The notes beneath the pieces were generated by a model, which ran no database searches, was not told the origin of the DNA, and saw only the letters and a list, made by a program, of their open reading frames with translations. Positions 22,181-35,000 of a stretch of DNA of 64,000 nt are shown one piece after another; the stretch's first letter is position 1, and every line of letters starts with the position of its first letter. Source of the DNA: Prasinococcaceae sp. CCMP 1430 (Eukaryota > Plantae > Prasinodermophyta); NCBI GenBank assembly GCA_013416795.1, contig RQSC01000008.1, forward strand, positions 248,497 to 312,496. Reading direction: 5' to 3'. A program made the position numbers and the translations under genes.

Positions 22181-23778
22181 ATGCCGACCCGCCTCCACAA
22201 GAACCGCAAGAAGAGGGGTCACGTCTCGGCCGGCCATGGCCGCATCGGCAAGCAGTACGTCGCGCGCGAGGGCGAGCGGCCGGGGCGGCGAGCGCGCGCG
22301 CGCGAGCGTGCGCGCGCGCGAGCGCGTGCGCGCGCGCGAGCGCGTGACGTGGGTCCGTGCGGGCGCGGGGGGCGTTTGGCGCCTCACCTTGCATTCGCCT
22401 TCGTAGTACTCCTTGAGCGCGTCCTCGGGCCAGCCGGCCTCGCTCGCCGGCCCGTTGACGAGCGCGGCGCCCTCGCCGTGGCGCAGCTCGAGCAACAGTG
22501 CGCTGCACACACGTGTGCACTCCGGCAGCGAGTCGTACGCGCTCGCGTTGGCGCCGTTGCGCGTGTTGCCACGGCGGCGCTTGCGGTTGTTTATCAGCGC
22601 GAGGTCTGCCTCAATCTCGAGCGCTGACAGCGGCGGCGCGCACGGCGGCCGCTGCAGCGTGCAGTAGAGAAGGCGCTGCTGCTTGGCGGTCAGCTCCTTG
22701 GCCGACGGCTTGCCGCCGCGGCCGCGGCCGGCGTCGTCGCCCGCGCGCGACATCACGTCGCGTCAGCGAGGCTGAAGGAGAGGAGGGAGGGGCGCGGAGG
22801 ACGCCCACCCGCCCGCGCGCGCGCACCCTGCATTTTCCGCACGGACATGCGCGTTCGCACGTGCGAGGGGTGTGAGGCGGGGTGGGACGGGGGTTGGAAG
22901 CCGCGCGGCCGCACGTGTGTGCGAGGGCGCGACGAGCGTGGGATCTAGCGCTCCTGCCATGCTTGGCGGCGGCGGGGCCACCCTCGGGCGGCACCGCGGG
23001 CGGCGCGCCACGCGCTGTGCACAGGGCGGTTTCGGCGCGCGGGTTGGCGTGGCCCAGCCGGCGCCGGCCAGGGGGCGAGGCGCCGCGCGGGCAGCGCGCG
23101 CCCATTGTCCGCCACGCCCTGTGCCGCCCGTGGCATGTGGGCGTGCGATCGCGAAGCTGCGCAGGACGCCGTAGCTCCGTGCGCCCTGTGTTCCCGCCCT
23201 GGACAGGCGCTGACGACTGCGCGCCAACCCCACTGCCGCCGATCCCGCACAGCCGCAAGCACCCGTCCGGCCGTGGTAACGCTGGTGGCCAGCACCACCA
23301 CCGCATCATGATGGACAAGTACCATCCGGGTTACTGTACGTAGTCGCTTGCGATGCGCTCGCCGTGGAAGGGCCGCGCGTGGGGCCGCGCTCGCCCGCTC
23401 CTGTCGGCAGTCGCGCCGCGCGCAAGCCGCTGCAGCGCTTGCCCACGTAGCCCATGGGCTCGGCGCTGACCCCGCTGGCGCGCCACGCGCTCACCCTCAC
23501 TCACAGTCGGCAAGGTGGGCATGCGCTACTTCCACAAGCTGAAGAACAGGTTCTTCTGCCCCACGATCAACATCGACAAGCTGCCCACGCTCCTCGGCGA
23601 CGCCAAGGCGCCGGCCGGCCAGGTCCCCGTCGTGGACGTGACCAAGGCGGGCATCTTCAAGGTGCTCGGCAAGTCGGCCGACAACCTGCCCGCCATGATC
23701 GTCAAGGCGAAGTTCTTCAGCAAGCTCGCGGAGAAGAGGATCAAGGAGGCTGGTGGCGCGTGCGTGCTCACCGCGTAA
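22181..23778 (+). CDS. RPL27A: 60S ribosomal protein L27a (uL15); exons 22181-22254, 23253-23335, 23507-23778
   Basis: The spliced product reads [62 protein letters not shown]...[22 protein letters not shown]. Intron 1 is 998 nt and intron 2 is 171 nt. Confidence 0.97.
22388..22753 (-). CDS. Antisense coding exon (~122 codons) of an unknown protein inside RPL27A intron 1
   Basis: ATG at 22753. Codon usage is strongly G/C-ending, like neighbouring real genes (AAG GAG CTG ACC GCC AAG CAG CAG...GAG TAC TAC GAA GGC GAA TGC AAG). It ends at an AAG|GTGAGG donor at 22387. Downstream exon not identified. Confidence 0.6.
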
Positions 23779-24000
23779 ATTAACTAAACACAAAAGAACT
23801 CCTGGCGCGCATGCGTCGCCTGAGCGCGCGACGCGGGGAAGCGTTTTCTGCGTGCGTGTGTGGAGCTGGTGCGGCCGGTCTGAGTGCGCAAGCAAGAATC
23901 GGCGTCTGCCCGCACGCAGCGGGATACAGCCGCTGCGACGATATATTAAGGGGGCATGGGGGCGGGGGCGGGCATAGGCATGGATGGCAAGGCCATGATA

Positions 24001-24032
<32 letters not shown>
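24001..24032 (+). repeat. Poly-G tract (G32) between the convergent RPL27A and VHA-d 3' ends
   Basis: Counted directly. Confidence 0.95.
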
Positions 24033-24132
24033 CTCTTCGGACATGGCGCGCACGGGCCCGAGGGCCCGAGGGTGCGCACGTGCACACGCGCGGGTGCTTC
24101 CGCACGGCGCAACGTGGTCGGGCCCATGCGCC

Positions 24133-25565
24133 TCACCATGGCACGACGATGCCGTCGTGCACGCGCGACTTTTGGTTCTGCGCGACACACTCGGCTACCC
24201 ACATAAGGTTTCGGATCTCCTGTTCGCGTAGACGGAAGTACGAGTAGAAGATGGCGAAATGGAACTGCTGCTCGAAGCTCAGCACGAGCTTCTTTGACTC
24301 GACCTCGTAGAAGGCCTTGTCCATGGCCTGCGCCTCAGCCTGCGAGATGCGCGAGAACATCGAGGAGTACTGGGGAACGCGTTCGACGACCGCGCGCACC
24401 TGGTCGAAGTCGTCGCATGCGGCGAGCGCCTCGTGGCCCGGCCCCGCGAGCGCGCCGAATGACGAGAACAGCCGGCGGCGATCATCGCGCGTGAGCTCCG
24501 TGCCGATCGAGTTGACGGTGATGGTGATCGCGCGCTTGTCCGCCTCGATGCTCAGCAGCTCGTCCATGATGGTGGCCGTGGCGCCGCCGCAGCCCAGGCA
24601 GAACTGGTGGAAGTCGTCCAGGTAGGCGCGGTAAAGCGTGTTGCGCAGGATCTCTATGTTCATCTCGTCGAGGTCCTCGCTTGACAGCGTGTTGGAGAAG
24701 TACTTGCCCAGCGGCGTGTCCACCAGGACCAGGCGGTAGAGCTCCTGCATCGAGCTCGCCACCGCCAGCGACGCGATCGAGTCGAACATGCCGAGCGGGT
24801 GGCACTTGGCCACCAGCTCCTCCACCTGCCGCTCGTGCAGCGTGCCCATGACAATGAGCACCACGTTGTCGATCATGGGACCGTAGGTCAGATAATCGAG
24901 AAAGTCGGCGAGGGAGCCCGTGGCATGAGCGCGGAGGTGTTTAAACTCATCCACGAGCTTCTGTGTGCACCTGTCCACGACGCGCGACACCTGCAGCGGC
25001 GAAGGCTCATTTTGCACGTACGGCCCGTAGTCGGTCGCGTTGAGGTTGAGCTTGATGTCGTCCAGCGTGTCGCACTGCCCCAGGTTGTTGTAGTCTGCTG
25101 CGGTGAGGAGGTTGCCCTGTACGATTCGCGCGAGAGAGTGTGAGCGTGCCGCCGCGGGACCATCGCACGAACGTGTGGAGTGCGAACGCGGCGCCCCTGC
25201 CCCTGGCGCGGCCGGCGCGGCCGGCGCTGGCGCTGAGGCCGATGCTTCCGAAAAGTGGCGCTGGCACAGGCGCGGGAGTGGGCGCGTGCCCGGGCATAGG
25301 CCATCGCAACCGTGGGAGCGTGGGCGCAGGAGGGACCGACTACCGCCCAACGTACAGGGACACGCAATCCCGCCAGCGCCCCGAGCCCCGCGCTCGGTGC
25401 CAGCGCGGCAACACCCCCTGCTCCGCGCCCCCGCCCCCCGCTCCGCGCTTTACGCGCGCGTGCGCGCGCCCGCACCTTGTAGCCGCGCAGGATCGCCTCG
25501 AGGTAGCCGTTGTCGGCGTTGAAGGTGAGCGCCTCGAGCCCGTAGCCGCTCCACGAGAGCGACAT
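24133..25565 (-). CDS. VHA-d: V-type ATPase V0 subunit d; exons 25565-25476 and 25116-24133
   Basis: LTFNADNGYLEAILRGYK|GNLLTAADYNNLGQCDTLDDIKLNL...FLDYLTYGPMIDNV...KCHPLGMF...EQEIRNLMWVAECVAQNQK. Confidence 0.97.
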
Positions 25566-25679
25566 CGCGCGCGCCCGCCGCGCGCAGGCGCGCGCGCGGA
25601 GGGCCGGGGGGGGAAGGGGGGGGGGGAGGTCGGGGCACCGCGCCCCGCGCGCGCTGTGAGTGTGGCGCCGCCGCGCAGC

Positions 25680-25925
25680 ACGTTTTTTCCAGTTGTTTTC
25701 TCACCTCCACTTTTTTTCCCCCCACTGTGCCTCTCCCTCGCCCGCTCGCATCCCGTCTTTGTGTAAATACTTCAAAGGGTTCATTTTGATGTATTGTGTG
25801 GACCCTGGATTGGTTGTACCTGATGTAAGCCCCAGCGAACCTGCGCGCGCGTCAGCGCGATTCGACTATTGTCTGGATTGCGTCGAAATATTTGGTGGCT
25901 ATTTCAGCGCGCGTCACGTAAACCC
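25680..25925. promoter_or_regulatory. AT-rich island between divergent VHA-d and MDN1
   Basis: T tracts and AT enrichment between ATG 25565 (-) and the midasin ORF. Confidence 0.4.
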
Positions 25926-26068
25926 GAAAGGGGAAAGGACCCGCCCGGCGGCCCAGCCGCCGGCCGGCGGCTGGGCGGCGGAGGAGGAGCGGGCAGCGCC
26001 GGGCGCCGCCCCCGCCCAGCGTCGCCGACGCCGGCGCCGCTCCCGGCGGGCGCCACCCGGCGCTTGCT

Positions 26069-29000
26069 GTGCCCCGCTCGCTCCTGCTGCGCGTGGCGGA
26101 CGCTCTCGCTCAGGGCGCCGAGGCAGGGGAAGATGGGGGCAGCCCCGAGGATGGCGAGCGCCGCGCGCTCGCCGCAGCGCTTGTTGCCGCACGTGCCCCG
26201 CATGCCGCGGCGGCCGCGGCCCGATACGCAGCGTCCGCACCCGCACCGTTTGCACACCACGAGCTCGTGCCTGGGGCCGACGAGGCGGCGCTGCACGAAG
26301 CTCTGCGCTCGGCGGGCGGCGGCGTGCGAGAGCACGGTGGGCTCGGCCGCCTGCTGTGGGCCGCCGCCGTGATGCATCGCGCCGCGCCGGGCGCGGCCGG
26401 TGCTCACTGGGACTGGCGTCGGCTGCACCTCTTGCTTCGCGTTGCCGGGGCGAGTGCAGGAACGCGAGAGAGCGCCGAGGAAGACGCGTTCGACTCCGAA
26501 GCGTCCCTCGCTCGCTATGGCGCGGCGCGCCTGCTCGCCAGGCATCTGAGGCTCGCGGGCGACGCGGCCGACGCGCTTATGGGGGCGGCGGTGTGCCCGC
26601 GCGGCCGCGCCGCCGGCGCTCACGCGTGGGCCGAGTGGGACGCCGAGGTGGCGTATGCGACGGCGGAGCCGTACCTCGACGACAACGCCGCCGACGACGC
26701 ACGCGACGGCGTCGACGTGGACAATGACGCAGAGGCTATGGACGCGGATGGCGAAGGCGCGGAGGCGCCGGCGACGCCGGAGCGCCACGCAGATGGCGGC
26801 TTTGGTGGGCGCTTCGTTGACGTTTGTGGCGTGCAGCTGCCGCGTGCGGAGTGCTCCTCTGGCGATGGCGACGCCGACGACAGCGGTAGCCGTGGGCCTT
26901 CGCTTGTGCTCACGGCCGGTGCTCGCGCCGCACTACTCGCGGCGGCGCTCGCGCTCGCGCGCCGCCGGCCTGTGCTCCTGGAAGGCCCGCCTGGCTGCGG
27001 CAAGAGCGCGCTCGTGCGCGAGCTCGCATGCCGCACGGGGCACGCGAAGTCGATGGCAGTGGTGCACCTGGACGACCAGATGGATAGCAAGTCTTTGCTG
27101 GGCACGTACGCGTGCACCAAAACCCCTGGCGAATTTGTGTGGGCACCGGGCGTGCTCACGCAGGCGGTAGCGCGCGGGTTCTGGGTGGTATTTGAGGACA
27201 TCGACCTGGCGCCGCCAGAGGTGATCACTGCGCTGCTGCCGCTGCTCGAGGGGCGCCAGCTGCACCTGCCTGGGCGTGCGGGAACGCTCGCCGCGCACCC
27301 GGGCTTCCAGCTCTTCGGCACGGTGTCGGTTGGCGGATCTGGGGCAGTTGCGGGGGGCGCGGCGCATGAGCGCACGCGGCCGCTGTGGTCGGCGGTGGCG
27401 CTCGACGCGCCCGCGGAGGACGACATGGCAGATATTCTCGCCGCCCTGCATCCGGAGCTTGCGCGAGTGGCGCCGGCAGTGCTTGACACGCTCGCGGCGG
27501 TCCGAAGTGTGTGTGCGGGCGGGGCGGGGGCGGGACCAGCCCTAGCATCGGTACAGCCCGACGCGGGCAGCGACGGTGGCGAGCAGGATGCGTCGCCGCG
27601 CGAGCAGAAACAGAGCCAGCAGAGTGTCCGCTATGGCCGTGCTCTCACCGTCCGCGAGATGCTCGCCCTCGCACGCCGACTGGGTGGTGTGGCCGCCGCG
27701 AACGCGCGTCCAGAGGGACCCGCCGGCGTTGCGGCACTCTCAACAGAGGGTCGTGAGCTCGCCTGCCGCGAGGCCATTGATGTCTTCGCCGCTCACATAT
27801 CGGATGCGCGAGAGCGCTCGACGGTCCTCGCGGCGGTCGCGCGCGCATGGGGTGTGCCGTCAGAGCGCGCGGAGTACTTCGATATGATGCATGCACCGAC
27901 AATGTCGTCGATCGCGACAGAGCTGAGCGTGGGGCGTGCATCGCTTACCCGCTCGCGTGCGGGCGCGCGCCCCGCGAGCGAGCGGCGCGCCTACGTGCGC
28001 GCTGGTGCAGCTATGCGCGCCCTCGAGCGTGTTGCTCGCGCGGCATCGCTGGGCGAGCCCATGTTGCTTGTTGGAGAGACGGGCGTGGGCAAGACGGCGT
28101 CTCTGACCTATCTTGCCGATGAGGCTGGAGCGCGCCTCACGGTCGTCAACATGAGCCAGCAGAGTGACGCCACTGACCTTCTCGGCGGACACAAGCCCAT
28201 CGAGGCGGGCTTGCTGACTGGGCCGCTACTCTCGCGCTTCGAGCTACTCTTCGAGCGCACCTTCGAGCACGGCCAGAACGCACAATTTCTTGAGCGCTCG
28301 CGCGCTGCCGCACGCAAGCGCAAGTGGAAGCAGCTTTTCAAGGCCTTTCGGCTGGCGAGTGCGCACGTGCGAAAGCTTGCCGAGGGTGCAGCCATCGGTG
28401 GTGCGGGGACTTGCACCGATCATGGCGACTCTGTTGTTGATGCCGGGACTGATGCGCGCGATCGTGAGCCGGTCGTCGATGGCGGCACCAGCACGGGCGG
28501 GGGGAATGCGAAAGCAAAGGGCAAGCGTTCGAGCGCTGAGCGGACTGAGCAGGTCGAGTCAACGCCCACGAAGCGCCAGCGGAAAGGCGGCGCTGTCGGT
28601 GGTGTCGGCGGCGATGGCATCCCCGCGCCGCTGCTGGCGGAATGGGCAGACTTCGAAGTGGCTGCTGCAGAGGCTGAAGCTCAGGTCACGGCGTCCAAGG
28701 GCGGATTTGCGTTCGACTTTGTGGAAGGCGTGCTCGTACGTGCTCTGCGCGAAGGCCACTGGGTGCTTCTGGATGAGGTAAACCTGGCTCCCGCGGAGGC
28801 GCTGGAACGCCTGGCGGGGCTGCTCGAGGGTCCGGATGCCTCCCTTGCACTTACTGAGAGAGGCGACGTGGCGCAGGTTCCGCGGCATCCCGAATTTAGG
28901 CTCTTCGCGGCAATGAACCCCGCGACCGATGTGGGCAAGCGTGAGCTCGCGCCCGCGCTGCGTGCACGTTTCTGCGAGCTGTGGTGCCCCGAAGCCTCCT

Positions 29001-32000
29001 CGCGCGAAGACCTTGGCGCAATCGTCGCGCAGTACCTGAGCGCGGTGCCGCGCTCGGTGGCGCCGGTGGATGCTGTCGTGGACTTTTACGTGCAGGCACG
29101 TGCGCAAGCGGCGAGCGGTGCACTCGTGGACGGCGGCGGCGCACAGCTGCGATTTAGCCTGCGCACTCTTGCGCGCTCGCTCGAGTACGCGGCGGCCTCG
29201 CTGCCAACCTACGGCCTGCATCGTGCTCTCAAGGACGGCTTTGAAATGGCCTTCCTGACTGCGCTCGCGGGCGATTCAAGGCTTGCAATGGAGAGACTGC
29301 TGCGCACTGTCCTGCTCAAGGGCGTTGAGGCCAAAGTCGCCAAGGGCAACTCGGGCACCCCAGCGCCGCCCACCGATGGTGCTAAGCACGTGCTCATCGA
29401 GGGCTTCTGGGTGCGTGCGGGCACGGGTGAACTTCCACCGGACGACGATGGCAGCGCTGCGGCGGACGATCCCGTCGCCGCGCTGGGCAAGTACGTGCTC
29501 ACCGCCAGCGTCAAGTCGCGACTGCGTGACCTGGCGCGCGCAGTGCTGTTGCGGCGTTACCCAGTGCTGCTCCAGGGCCCCACCTCGGCAGGCAAGACAT
29601 CGCTCGTCACGTACTTGGCGGAGCTGACGGGCCACCAGGTCGTGCGCATCAACAACCACGAGCATACAGACCTCTCCGAGTACCTTGGCACGTACGTGAC
29701 AGACCCCGTCAGCGGGAAGCTGCGATTCGTGGAGGGGGCACTCGTGCGCGCGATGCGTTCCGGGGCCTGGATCGTGCTCGACGAGCTCAACCTTGCACCG
29801 TCAGATGTGCTCGAGGCGCTCAACCGTCTGCTGGACGACAACAGGGAGCTCTTTGTGCCCGAGCTGCAGGAGGTCGTGCGCCCGCACCCCAGCTTCGTTC
29901 TCTTTGCCACGCAGAATCCGCCCGGGCTGTACGGCGGGCGAAAGGTCCTTTCGAAGGCATTCCGATCGAGATTCATGGAGCTACATGTGGACGACATCCC
30001 CGAGGGCGAGCTGGTGACCATCGTGCAGCGCCGCTGTGGCGTGGCACCGAGCTACTGCAAGGTGATGGTGGCATCCATGAAGGAGCTGCAGATGCGCCGC
30101 ATGAGCGGCCAGGCGCTGCTCGGGCGGCACGGCGCCATGACCAGCCGTGACCTGCTTCGATGGGCGCGGCGCCAGCCGCAGGGCTACACTGCGCTAGCAG
30201 CCGAGGGCTACATGCTCATGGCGGAGCGCCTGCGCTCGGAGGCTGAGCGCGACGCCGTGCGCGCGGTGCTTGAGAGGGAGATGAAAGCCAAGATCGACTC
30301 AGCCGACCTGTACGCCATCGACGGTGAGCGCTCTGAGGCCTTCGCCGAGCTTGAAGGCAAGCTCGCGGACGCGCGCGCACGCGGCGAAGCGGCCGCGCAG
30401 GGTGTGCCGAGCGTTGTATGGACCCACGGCATGCGTCGCATGTTCGTGCTGCTCGAGCGATGCATGCGCCATTCTGAGCCTGCGCTCATCGTTGGAGAGA
30501 CAGGTTGTGGGAAGACGACGATCTGCCAGCTGCTCTCGTTGCTCTACGACCGTCCGTTGTACATTATCAACTGCCACCAGCACACGGAAAGCAGCGACTT
30601 TCTTGGCGGTTTCAGGCCCGTGCGCGATCGCGAGGCTGCTGTCGCCCGCTATGGTGCGCTCGCATCGCAGCTAGAGACCTTGGCCGAGGTCACCGGTGTT
30701 CTTGTCGAACGCGACATCGCGCATGATGACGCGGAGGCGAGCGCCCTACGTGCGGCCGAGGCACTGCGCGAGGCGGGTTGTGCATCCGAGGAGGCGCTCG
30801 CACAGGCCGACGAGCTTCTTGGAGAGATGGGCAAGGTCAGAGTGCGCGCGCGCAGTCTTTTCGAATGGTCCGATGGACCGCTGGTGGAGGCAATGAGAGT
30901 CGGTGGCATTCTGCTGGTAGATGAAATATCCATCGCCGAGGACTCGGTGCTCGAGCGCCTCAACTCCGTGCTCGAGCCCGAGCGTACGCTCATGCTTGCC
31001 GAGAAGGGAGGCGATGGCGACTCTCCCGACGGATGCGGCGGCGGCGGCGAGGTCATTGTGGCGCACCCCGATTTCAGGCTTGTGGCAACCATGAACCCTG
31101 GAGGCGACTTCGGCAAGAAAGAGCTTTCGCCCGCTCTACGCAACCGCTTCAGCGAGGTGTGGGCGCCGCCCATCAGCTCCGCGGACGACCTTGGCCTGAT
31201 TTTGCGAGATCGACTTCTTGGTGGTGGCGACGGCGCCGATGCCGGCACGGATGCGGATGGTGTGCCGCTCGCGAGCCTCACGCAGCCTCTCCTCGACTTC
31301 TGGGAGTGGTATGACGCATTCGAGGGACGCCCAGCGAGTGCCGTGCTCAGCGTGCGCGATCTACTCGCGTGGGCGGGTTACATCGTTGCCGCCGCTTCAA
31401 CGCTCGGTGCATGGGGTTCGCTGGTGCACGGAGCCTACCTCGTGCTGCTCGACGGCGTGGGTCTGGGAAGCGGCGCGGGCGACGCAGCGATAGCTCGCCT
31501 GCGTACCGAAGCTCGGCGCAAGCTCTTCAGCCTGCTACCCGCTGATGTCGCCGAGGAGCTCGCGCGCGATCCAGCACTCATGGAGGCCAGCGAGCACAGC
31601 GCGGCGGAGGATCGTCAGACAAGCGGGGGTGATGGTGATTGCATGGAAGTAGACGCGGACGGCGTTGGGGTGGGTCGCTCCCAGGCGGCGGCAGTCACGC
31701 CTGCTGGTATGTTTGGCTCTGCGCCCTTCTTCATTCCGCTCGGTCCGCTCGCGCAGGCGGTGCAAGGCAACACCACGCGGACCGGCGCAGATGCGGCCAT
31801 GGAATCGGTGGCAGCGGATGCTGAGACGAGGGCGCGGCGGCGCGCGGCCGCGGCGGCGTTTGATATGGCGGCGCCCACGGCGGCGCGTTGCGTGCGCCGG
31901 CTGCTGCGCGCGCTGCAGCTGCCGCGTGCGGTGCTCCTGGAGGGTTCGCCCGGCGTGGGCAAGAGCTCGCTCGTGGCGGCTGTTGCAGCTGCAAGCGGCC

Positions 32001-35000
32001 ACGAGCTTGTGCGCATCAACCTGAGTGAGCAGAGCGACATCATGGATCTTCTGGGCACCGATCTCCCAGTCGAGGGTGGAAAGCCCGGAGATTTCCGCTG
32101 GTGTGACGGCGTGCTCCTTCGCGCTGTGAAGCGCGGCAGTTGGGTGCTGCTCGATGAGCTCAACCTCGCACCGCAGGCGGTGCTGGAGGGCCTCAATGCG
32201 CTCCTCGATCACCGCGCCGAAGTGTACATTCCCGAATTGGGGCGCTCGTTTGCATGCGCTCCTGGATTTCGTATCTTCGCCGCACAGAACCCGCTCCAGG
32301 AGGGCGGCGGTAGGCGCGGTCTGCCAAAGTCCTTCCTCAATCGCTACTCGAAGGTCGCTGTGGAGGCTTATAGCGCCGCCGACTTCCGCTTCATCGTTCG
32401 TTCACTGTTTCCGCAGCTGAGCCACGCGCTCGTGGCCCGCATGGTCGACTTCAACTCAGAACTGCTGCGCGCCACCATGGTGGAGCGGAGATTTGGCCTG
32501 GAGGGCGCGCCGTGGGAGTTCAATCTGCGCGACCTGCTGCGGTGGGGGGAACTCGCCACAGGGTGCCGAGCGGGGCAGGGAGCGCCTGGCGCTGACGCCG
32601 AGTGCGCCGACGAAACAGGTCACGCCACGGGTGTCGACGTCGAGACGAGTGGCACAAAACTCGAGGCTGCGCTTCGATTGAGCTTGCTGCACGCAGCGCC
32701 GCTGATCTACCTCGAACGCTTCAGGAACGCGCGCGACAGACATGCCGCGCGCATGCTGCTGGACGCGGCCTTTGACGCGAGCAGCTCGGGTGGTGCGCTG
32801 GCGCAGAGTGCCTGCATCACCGTGGGTCCAAACGCGGTGTGCACAGGGCCTGTGTCGCTTCCACGCCGCGCGGCCTCGGAACGCCTCTCGCCGCCAACGG
32901 CTGCCTCGCAGGCCGCTGCACGGGCACTGCTGCCGCTGTCGTGCCAGGCAGGTGCGCTGCGCGCCAGCATGTGCGCGCTGCGGGAGGGCTGGATGGTGCT
33001 GTTGGTGGGAGGCTCGGCGGTCGGAAAGACCGCGCTCGCGCGCTCGTGCGCGGCGCTCGCTGGCCGTCGGCTGCACGAGCTGAGCCTCACGGCATCGACG
33101 GATACCACTGAGCTGCTGGGATGTTTCGAGCAGGCCGACGTATCTGTCAACCGTGCAAGGCTCGCCGAGCGCGTGCGGCGACTGGCGCACGGGCTCGCCG
33201 ACGCTTCTGCAGCAGCTCTTGCTGATGCTGGCACTCAAGACGCACGTCTCGATGTCGATGCGTGCCTGCGAGCGCTCGCTGAGGCAGAGAGTGCGCTGCT
33301 TGCAATTGCTCGCGCGGATTCGAATGCGGACAGCGTCAGCACGGTGCATGCAAAGCCCGCGAGGACTGCCACCCAGCAGGCAGCCCAGCACGCGGCCGCG
33401 CTTTGCACGCTCGAGAGCGCCATTGCATCTATGCGTGCTGGTGTATCGCCGGCACTTTGGGGGGATGAAGCCACCGCCGAGGCGGTCGCAGTAGCTGGTG
33501 ATGCTGCGAAACTGCGCGCAACCCTTGAGGCCTCGAAGGGTGCCGCCGCTTCGGGAGCCGGGCGATTCGAGTGGGTTGACGGCGCAGTGGTGCGTGCGGC
33601 TGTCGACGGCGACTGGCTGCTCCTCGACAATGCCAACCTGTGCAACGCCGCCGTTCTCGACCGCCTCAACCCATTGTTCGAGCCCAACGGTGAGCTCCTC
33701 CTACCCGAGCGTGGCCTCGTCAACGGTGAGGTCGTGCGCGTGCGACCGCACAGTGCCTTCCGCGTGCTGCTTACGGCCGACCCCTATGTGGGTGAGCCAA
33801 GCCGCGCGATGCGCAATCGAGGGCTTGAGGTGTGTGTGCTGCCCGCTGTAGGCACCATTGGGGACGACAGGACGGGCGCGAGAGATGCCGGAGCCGAACA
33901 CGCCAACGTGTCCGCTCCAGGCGACGCGCAGCTGGACGCGGTGGCGCTGCTCATGGCTGCCGGCGTCCCGTCGCGTGTGCTTGCTGAGGCAATGCTGGAC
34001 GCGCACGCCGCTGCACGACGGGCTTGCGTTCGCACGGCGGGCCTTTCGCGTGCGCCGGGACAGCGCTCGCTCCTTGCGTGGGCGGAGCTTCTTGGGGAGC
34101 TCGTGGCCCGAGGAGCGCGCGTGGCACAGGGCGTGCGATCAAGTTGGGAGCAGGTCTACGTACGCCCAGCGCCCAGCGTCACGCGCGCGGCGCTCCTTGA
34201 GGTGCTCAATGAATCGCGCCTCGCACGTGCGCTCGAGGCCCTCTCTGGCGACGAACAAAGCGGTGCCAACGGGATGCTTTCGTCACCTGCTGCGTCGAGC
34301 GTGCTCGGCTGCCCTGTCACCGGCGGTTGCGCCTCCCTGTTTGCGCTGCTGCTTGGCAGTGGGCCAGGTGCAAGGATGGCGCACTGTGAGCGAATGCTGC
34401 CGCTGATGGACCCCGGTCGCTGGCCCTTCGCTTGGTCTATCGATGTTGCCTCCGAGGACGCACGCATGGCTGCGGTCGTGCGCGACAGCTCATCGCTGCT
34501 CCGATTCGTCGCCCTCGCATGCAATGCCGACGGCCACGACCGTGGCTCCTGCGACAGCGGCGCGTTGACGCAACTATCACTGCCGATGTGCGCTCGTGGA
34601 GATGATGCGTCGAGCTCCGTGCGTACGTGGGATCCACGCGCGTGCGCACACGCGGTGTCGGTGGCCGCGAAGCACTTCATGGAGCGTGCGTGCCGTGCAG
34701 ACTTGCCGCTACGCCTCGCGTGGCTTGGTGTTCTTGCGAGCATTTTGGACACCGGCACCACTGGCGAAGCGCGGAACAGCTTGCCCGTCACAAGCGCCGA
34801 CGCAGATGCGGCAACGGCGTGTGCCGAGTCGCTGTTGTGCCCGCACTCGGCGACTGCTGCCGCTGTGCGTGCTCTTCGCGACAGCGCTTTGGTTGAGGAG
34901 CGTCTCGGCGGCGTGCCCGATGCCGCCGCGAAGGTCGTCGAAAGTGTCACCGATGCGTTGAAGGTGATGGGCTTTTGGATGTCCGCGGAGGACGTACGGC

